A DNA stretch of 11,602 nt, from IMG/VR virus record IMGVR_UViG_2778261227_000016, positions 1-11,602 of that record; one strand, 5' to 3'. Shown here one piece after another: positions 7,212-11,602 of the stretch. Position 1 is the first letter of the stretch. The number at the start of each line of letters is the position of its first letter. Below the pieces are notes generated by a model. It was given only the letters and a program-made list of their open reading frames with translations. It was not told where the DNA came from and made no database searches. Position numbers and translations under genes: made by a program. The stretch comes from a virus. Its lineage: Duplodnaviria; Heunggongvirae; Uroviricota; Caudoviricetes.

Positions 7212-7364
7212 ATGTGTAAAGCGCACCTATTCTATGGTGGGCTGTGTGGGGGCACCGAAAGGTGCGCCGGGTCCTTTGTAGCCGGTTACGCCAACCCTGC
7301 ACAGTTCACCACCAACCGATTGGCGTCGGTAGTGGTGATTAACCTAACTACAAAGGTGATCGCT

Positions 7365-8051
7365 ATGACTGCTAACGTAACCCCATCTGTTTTTCATTTT
7401 GAATCAGAAGCAACCATTCGAGCCATTGTTATTGATGGAAATCCTTGGTTTGTTGCCAAAGACGTTATTAAAGCTCTTCAACTGACAAACCCCACTATGT
7501 CAATAAAATCTCTTGATGATGATGAAAGGGCTAAATTTAACTTAGGCCGTCAAGGCGAAACCAATATTATCAACGAGTCAGGCCTCTACACACTGATCCT
7601 CCGCTGCCGCGATGCGGTGACACCAGGCACTACCCCCTACCGCTTTCGTAAATGGGTTACAGGTGAGGTTCTTCCTCAGATCCGCCGCACCGGAAGTTAC
7701 ATTAAAAACTCGCTCCCGCAGGAAGAACGCATAAAGATGGTTGCCGACCAGGTAGCCAGCGCCACAGCATCAGCAGTGATGCAGGCAATGAAGGTAGAGA
7801 ACAAAACCTACAGCGCCCCACTGAAGCCCGGCTACCGCAGCCTGATTCATTCGCCGTCTGGTGTTCTCGGCCTGACGGAGAACTCACTGCTGATGAATCT
7901 GCTGAACCAGTTACAGGACGACGGGCACGACGTATCGGGCGCGGCGGCGGAGCTGACCACCATGTTCTGCTACATCGTCGGTGTGAGCAAATGCCTGCGT
8001 GATATCCAGACACACGCGGAGTACATCAACGACAAAGCAGGGTTCTTCTGA
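7365..8051 (+). CDS. Phage antirepressor with N-terminal Bro-N/AntA domain
   Basis: Start placed at ATG 7365 (MTANVTPSVF...) with AAGGTG upstream; the Cys/Gly-rich upstream extension in the ORF track (from 7212, directly after a T-run) is rejected. Bro-N signature IRAIVIDGNPWFVAKDVIKAL...ESGLYTLILRCRDAVTPGTTPYRFRKWVTGEVLPQI; 228 aa. Confidence 0.8.
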   Translation: MTANVTPSVFHFESEATIRAIVIDGNPWFVAKDVIKALQLTNPTMSIKSLDDDERAKFNLGRQGETNIINESGLYTLILRCRDAVTPGTTPYRFRKWVTGEVLPQIRRTGSYIKNSLPQEERIKMVADQVASATASAVMQAMKVENKTYSAPLKPGYRSLIHSPSGVLGLTENSLLMNLLNQLQDDGHDVSGAAAELTTMFCYIVGVSKCLRDIQTHAEYINDKAGFF

Positions 8052-8121
8052 CGGGCGGCGGCACAGGGATGTGCCTTTAAATAATTCTGTACAGATTGCA
8101 GACTGGGGGTGAATAGCGTAC

Positions 8122-8138
8122 TATTACCTTAAAGGTAA
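8122..8138. promoter_or_regulatory. Dyad motif copy d: ATTACC-ttaaa-GGTAAA (candidate operator) upstream of the two-gene module
   Basis: About 45 nt upstream of the 8181 ATG; overlaps a weak promoter-like element (-35-like TTGCAG 8096-8101, -10-like TACTAT 8119-8124). Confidence 0.4.
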
Positions 8139-8180
8139 ACCTGTTTTTATTTTATACCTGTAACTTACCGGAGATTAAAG

Positions 8181-8507
8181 ATGACAAAACTTGGATTCGT
8201 GATGAGAGGTCCGGTAAGAAGCGGAACTCATGCAAAGCGTAGCAAGAGTCGTATTTTTACTGGTAAGGTTGTAGCACGTAAATCAGCTATTGGCTCGTTC
8301 AATAGTGAAAATGCGGCATTGCGCCATATTTTTATCAGCACAAAGCCAAGAGCATCCGCTGATGTGCATACAATGACTATTCCTATCACAAAGAATATAA
8401 AGCGGATAAAAAAGCTCTCATCTGCAGAATCAAAAGAGATATCTTTCCGCCAGCTTAACTCATTAGAAACGCATATGAAGGAAGAGGAATTCGATGTTTT
8501 TGAGTGA
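8181..8507 (+). CDS. Small basic protein with acidic C-terminal tail; putative antitoxin/partner of the downstream gene
   Basis: 108 aa; ATG 8181 with GGAG (8170-8173); Lys/Arg-rich N-terminal half (KRSKSRIFTGKVVARKS), acidic C-terminus HMKEEEFDVFE; its stop overlaps the next ORF start by 14 nt (translational coupling); AT-rich. Confidence 0.45.
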   Translation: MTKLGFVMRGPVRSGTHAKRSKSRIFTGKVVARKSAIGSFNSENAALRHIFISTKPRASADVHTMTIPITKNIKRIKKLSSAESKEISFRQLNSLETHMKEEEFDVFE

Positions 8508-9006
8508 GTATAGCGGGAAGGTTATACCTACTGGTGAGTTTAAAACTGATGACTTTCTGATTTCGCTAAAAGATGCTTTTAAACAACACTGGCGTCATGG
8601 TCATCATCCTGATCTGGGAAAAGATACTCTTTTTGAAAGACCAGACGAAGTATTAGGTTTCCATCTCAGAAAGGTTCATGTCAATATTGGTGAATATGCA
8701 TCATATTCATACTCATGTACTGAACAGTGTTGGGATGAGTGGTCATATGGATTGATTGATGAACAAGGAAATTACAGGCCAAAACCAACCAGTAACGCAT
8801 ATCTCATATATGCAGTCAATGAAATAAGAGATGCAGCCTTACTAGCTTATTGGGACCCGCCCGCACACACCAAAGCTAACGCAAAAGTTTGGATGGATTC
8901 CGTATTGAATTTCACAAAATTATTTCATGAACGAACGAATACAGCTCCACTTAGTAGAAATGTTTATCCGTGGGATTATTCGTACAAATCCAAAAAGCCT
9001 GCATAG
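8494..9006 (+). CDS. Putative toxin, YafO-like (type II toxin family) by motif resemblance; function unverified
   Basis: 170 aa; ATG 8494 with GAGGAA upstream; motifs GFHLRKVHVNI, AYLIYAV and LLAYWDPPAHTKANAKVWMDSVLNFTKLF resemble the HIHL / LVY / LLxxILxPxxHxxA pattern I recall for YafO-family ribosome-dependent mRNA interferases. No HMM search was possible. AT-rich (20 of 60 G+C in 8521-8580). Confidence 0.4.
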   Translation: MFLSEYSGKVIPTGEFKTDDFLISLKDAFKQHWRHGHHPDLGKDTLFERPDEVLGFHLRKVHVNIGEYASYSYSCTEQCWDEWSYGLIDEQGNYRPKPTSNAYLIYAVNEIRDAALLAYWDPPAHTKANAKVWMDSVLNFTKLFHERTNTAPLSRNVYPWDYSYKSKKPA

Positions 9007-9087
9007 TAGTTTTTTATGGACGAAACAAAAGTCAGTGCTACACTCATTGACGCCACATTGAGGTTGATTATAGATGGAAATTTCACA

Positions 9088-9249
9088 ATGAAAAAAGCAT
9101 TTGCTGCACTGTTCGTTTTGTTGTCTCTGGTAGCTTCAACTCAGGCCTTTGCCGGTCGTTGTCAGCACGACAGCGATACTGCCGCTGACGGCTCCCGCTG
9201 CGGTGGGCGTTCTGCGGATTCCCGCCCGGGTGGCGGTGGCATTCGTTAA
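9088..9249 (+). CDS. Small secreted peptide (signal peptide plus about 31-aa Cys/Gly-rich mature peptide)
   Basis: Start placed at ATG 9088 (MKKAFAALFVLLSLVASTQAFA-GRCQHDSDTAADGSRCGGRSADSRPGGGGIR); typical Sec signal peptide with AxA cleavage site; two Cys in the mature part; the ORF-track start at 9016 lacks a Shine-Dalgarno and would put 24 residues before the signal peptide. Confidence 0.4.
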   Translation: MKKAFAALFVLLSLVASTQAFAGRCQHDSDTAADGSRCGGRSADSRPGGGGIR

Positions 9250-9272
9250 AAACAAGGCCGAGAAAGCGGCCT
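9246..9272 (-). terminator. Rho-independent terminator ending the minus-strand virion/membrane-protein unit (possibly bidirectional)
   Basis: 6-bp GC-rich stem AGGCCG (9255-9260) / CGGCCT (9267-9272), loop AGAAAG; on the minus strand the hairpin is followed by TGTTTTTAA (complement of 9246-9254); lies between the + peptide stop (9247-9249) and the minus-strand 98-aa gene stop (9281-9283). Confidence 0.55.
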
Positions 9273-9280
9273 GTGACATG

Positions 9281-9577
9281 TCACGTTCCTTTTCTGAATG
9301 ATAGCCGTTCGAAAAATGATGACATTCCACCGCAGACAATAGCAAAGATGATCCCACCAAAGAAGAGAAGGCCAGCCTGCCACCACTCCCACCGCCATAC
9401 ATCCACAGCGCCAATCATACCAACAATCGCTCCAACAAACGGAATATAACTCACGACAAAAGCAACGGGAGCTGCAATTACCCAGTGCAACCCCCACCAT
9501 GATTCAAGCCCAGCCATAATTGCTGCCAACTGAAAAAGACCAACGACGATATAAACAATGAATCCTATAGCTTGCAT
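9281..9577 (-). CDS. Small three-helix membrane protein of unknown function
   Basis: 98 aa; ATG 9577 with AGGTGA about 5 nt upstream; hydrophobic helices (IGFIVYIVVGLFQLAAIMAGL; VIAAPVAFVVSYIPFVGAIVGMIGAV; AGLLFFGGIIFAIVCGGM), Trp-rich loop WRWEWWQ; the overlapping ORF-track entries 9136-9414 and 9246-9500 are rejected. Confidence 0.55.
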   Translation of the reverse strand: MQAIGFIVYIVVGLFQLAAIMAGLESWWGLHWVIAAPVAFVVSYIPFVGAIVGMIGAVDVWRWEWWQAGLLFFGGIIFAIVCGGMSSFFERLSFRKGT

Positions 9578-9589
9578 GTAGTCACCTAT

Positions 9590-9763
9590 TTACCCATTAA
9601 AAATCAGAGGCCTCCCCTCAATAAGGCTTGCAACAAGAACTACTCCCTGCACAACAAAGATGAACCAGCAAATAGCTTGAGTCTGAGGGTTAAGAAAATA
9701 TTTGTAGCGGTCAATAAATAACAATCCACCAGAAATTATCACACTCAAAATAATTAAAAACAC
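9590..9763 (-). CDS. Unlisted small hydrophobic ORF (57 aa, GTG start) between the large virion gene and the 98-aa membrane gene
   Basis: Hand translation of the minus strand: (GTG)FLIILSVIISGGLLFIDRYKYFLNPQTQAICWFIFVVQGVVLVASLIEGRPLIFNG, stop TAA at 9592-9590; AAGGAAG precedes the GTG and overlaps the large gene's stop; two predicted TM helices; fills a 195-bp gap and ends 13 nt before the next gene's ATG. Absent from the ORF track, presumably below its length cutoff. Confidence 0.35.
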   Translation of the reverse strand: MFLIILSVIISGGLLFIDRYKYFLNPQTQAICWFIFVVQGVVLVASLIEGRPLIFNG

Positions 9764-9772
9764 AACACTTCC

Positions 9773-11602
9773 TTATTGCGGAGTGACATCCTGAGGTCGC
9801 CACCAGTATGTCTGGTTAAACTCTTTCTTCGAACGTTGCTCCATTTTACGCAAATATCCTGGTGAAAAATACTCCTGCATCTGGTTAAAGATCATGTGAT
9901 CGAGAGCCGCCTTCAAGTACCAGAGATTCGCACCAGGCATCAAACCTTTCCCCAGCTTCACCAGATCACCACCAGTCTGCTCACTCTTCCCTTCCACAGC
10001 ATTTAACGGTATGCCCTGAGCAATCTTCACTACGTCATCAACCAGACCAGCTACCGGGCCAAGCATCGACGCCAGCGCGCCGCTTCCGTACCTAGTGTGA
10101 TCTGACAATAAAAAGTCACCATAAAGGCCAAGACCACCACCTTTCAGTAGAGCACCAAGCCAGAATTTTGCGGCATCTTCTCCTGTCATCTCTCGAGGAT
10201 TACGACCAGACGCAAGGTCGTTAAGTTGTTGCGACAAAGCGCCAAGAATGGTCGTACTGGCAATAAACGTCGCAATATATGCCGCACGCCCACCAGCAGA
10301 CGGCATACCCATAGCGCGTGACCAGTGACGCATAACAACCGAGATAGGGAACGATTTAAACAGGAAAACACTTCTCGTTAATTCACCTTTCCATGTTCCA
10401 CGCTGAAGACCAGACCCTACGAACATCTGTTCACGTGCGCCCGGTGTAATAACAGCCATATCAACTTCTTCAGTTACGGCACCGAGCAGTTTACGCATTG
10501 CCTCAAATTTCACACGTTCAGGCTCACCAAGATGTTTAACTGCTGAATCAGGGATACGCATAATGCTTTCCGGTGTCAGCATCGTATTATTACCGTTCCC
10601 CCAGTCCTCCTGTTGCGCCAGCTTCCATACGCTCCAGTCTGTGTCAGTAATCCCTTTGCTTTTCAGGATACGAAAATCAGAGTCATCGAGGCTACGAAGG
10701 TCTGGTGTCCGTGACACTACTTCTCCTAGGCTTCCCATCATAGTTACGCCATAGGCGCGCTTGTGCGCATCTGACCATGCTGTAAGCCCACTGGCACGCA
10801 TTACCGCCGTTGCCGCCCAACGAGACACAGACGGCCCCATATTATCCATCGCCCAGCGGTTAACGCTGCCAAGTAGAGATTCCATCGCCAGACCAGCTCG
10901 GCGCGCCCGCGCAAGCTCAGTACGGTTCGTTGGGTCCATAGCTTCAAGCTGGTTGCGGAATAACTGGTTCATTGGAAGGTTGGTAACCTTCGCAGACAGA
11001 TACATGGTTCCAAGATCAGAGAACGATGACAGCAACGCGGATCCGAGTCTGCTGGCAACCAGCCAGTTGCGGATATTGTCAGACCATCGCGCGATGTGCG
11101 GATTCGCTACAGGCTGTGTCTTTCCGGAAATAAAGTTGTACAGGTTCTCTGTTTTGTTCGCCAGCCGCTCGACGCTACCGGTTTTACTCGGGTTAGCTGT
11201 TGCCGTTTCAGCCTTCACCTGATCAAGAAGGGAACGGAAAACATGATCGGGGTTTGGGCCATATGTTTCCACCAGAGCAATATCTTTACTGATCCCTTCC
11301 AAGTGACCGACCATGATTTCCCATAGAGAGCGATCGCCATAAAGTTGCTGATATTGCAGATAGGAATCTGCATCTTTGAAATGTATCTGTCGTGATGCAT
11401 TACCACGGTTAGAACGTGCGCCGGAAATTCGCATTCCGGTATCAGTAAGCTTATTCAGCCCACCAGTAGCGATCGTGTTATAAGCCTCTCCAAGAAATGC
11501 AGACAACTCAGCATCGTTCATCAGTTGTGAACCGCCCCGGGAATCCTGGAGACTAAACTTCCTGAGAAAGAGGTAAACAGGATGACTAAAAATACTCGTT
11601 TT
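9773..11602 (-). CDS. Large phage virion/ejection-type structural protein, partial (N-terminus beyond window end)
   Basis: The ORF-track entry starts at ATG 11521, but the frame stays open upstream to 11602 (hand translation ...KTSIFSHPVYLFLRKFSLQDSRGGSQL-MNDAELSAF...), so the gene probably starts outside the window; at least 609 codons; no enzymatic motif recognised; Gly-rich C-terminal segment (LKGGGLGLYGDFLLSDHTRYGSGALASMLGPVAGLVDD); same strand as and directly upstream of two small membrane-protein genes. Confidence 0.6.
   Translation of the reverse strand, partial: KTSIFSHPVYLFLRKFSLQDSRGGSQLMNDAELSAFLGEAYNTIATGGLNKLTDTGMRISGARSNRGNASRQIHFKDADSYLQYQQLYGDRSLWEIMVGHLEGISKDIALVETYGPNPDHVFRSLLDQVKAETATANPSKTGSVERLANKTENLYNFISGKTQPVANPHIARWSDNIRNWLVASRLGSALLSSFSDLGTMYLSAKVTNLPMNQLFRNQLEAMDPTNRTELARARRAGLAMESLLGSVNRWAMDNMGPSVSRWAATAVMRASGLTAWSDAHKRAYGVTMMGSLGEVVSRTPDLRSLDDSDFRILKSKGITDTDWSVWKLAQQEDWGNGNNTMLTPESIMRIPDSAVKHLGEPERVKFEAMRKLLGAVTEEVDMAVITPGAREQMFVGSGLQRGTWKGELTRSVFLFKSFPISVVMRHWSRAMGMPSAGGRAAYIATFIASTTILGALSQQLNDLASGRNPREMTGEDAAKFWLGALLKGGGLGLYGDFLLSDHTRYGSGALASMLGPVAGLVDDVVKIAQGIPLNAVEGKSEQTGGDLVKLGKGLMPGANLWYLKAALDHMIFNQMQEYFSPGYLRKMEQRSKKEFNQTYWWRPQDVTPQ

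Larger units (their letters stand above)
1141..11602. mobile_element. Terminal arm of an integrated tailed prophage (lysis, tailspike, accessory and virion genes); continues beyond the window end
   Basis: Contiguous phage-type genes (spanins, endolysin, holin-like proteins, tailspike, Bro-N antirepressor, large virion protein) begin right after the host terminator. The exact att boundary lies somewhere in 1141-1290 and cannot be fixed from one junction. Confidence 0.75.

Noticed and set aside
7019-7219. ORF 7019-7219 in the antirepressor leader
   Set aside because: No ribosome-binding site, overlaps the end of the 85-aa gene and spans the predicted hairpins; the region is more plausibly an untranslated structured leader.
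7212-7364. Cys/Gly-rich N-terminal extension of the antirepressor ORF
   Set aside because: The ATG at 7212 sits directly after a T-run with no ribosome-binding site; Bro-N proteins normally begin shortly before the conserved ...DG.PWFVAKDV motif, which fits ATG 7365 with AAGGTG upstream.
9016-9087. Longer 77-aa version of the small secreted peptide starting at 9016
   Set aside because: No Shine-Dalgarno, and it would place 24 non-hydrophobic residues in front of an otherwise canonical signal peptide; ATG 9088 preferred.
9136-9500. Minus-strand ORFs 9136-9414 and 9246-9500
   Set aside because: Alternative frames overlapping the 98-aa membrane gene and the plus-strand peptide gene; they cross the terminator hairpin and lack ribosome-binding sites.
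10186-11406. Short ORFs on both strands inside the large virion gene (10186-10371, 10563-10754, 10761-11222, 11096-11326, 11215-11406)
   Set aside because: All nested within or antisense to the 582+ codon ORF; Arg/Ser/Leu-rich translations typical of out-of-frame readings of a GC-normal gene.
1-11602. CRISPR arrays, tRNA or rRNA genes, insertion-sequence terminal inverted repeats
   Set aside because: No regularly spaced direct repeats, no cloverleaf-like tRNA candidates and no transposase-like ORFs were seen on either strand; this is a by-eye scan, so short elements could be missed.

Overview
This window is a host-prophage junction in an enterobacterial (E. coli/Salmonella-like) chromosome. 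Positions 1-1145 carry two host-type secreted proteins (a glycine-zipper lipoprotein I take to be YfgH, and a charged secreted protein I take to be YfgI) ending in a rho-independent terminator. From about 1290 to the window end is the terminal arm of a tailed prophage. On the minus strand it carries a lysis cassette (two small membrane proteins, a GH19-type endolysin, embedded Rz/Rz1-like spanins), a 756-aa tailspike, and a late-type unit of a large virion protein (5-prime end beyond the window) followed by two small membrane proteins, one of them below the ORF-track cutoff. On the plus strand are three accessory blocks: an AT-rich acyltransferase-3 gene next to the tailspike; an antirepressor locus preceded by a near-consensus LexA box and a stand-alone paralog of the antirepressor C-terminal domain; and an AT-rich, translationally coupled two-gene module that looks toxin-antitoxin-like, followed by a small signal-peptide peptide. 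A 17-bp dyad (ATTACC-N5-GGTRAW) recurs four times in intergenic regions and twice overlaps plausible promoters. I see no rRNA, tRNA or CRISPR array. All protein assignments rest on motif recognition by eye and recollection; no database search was run.
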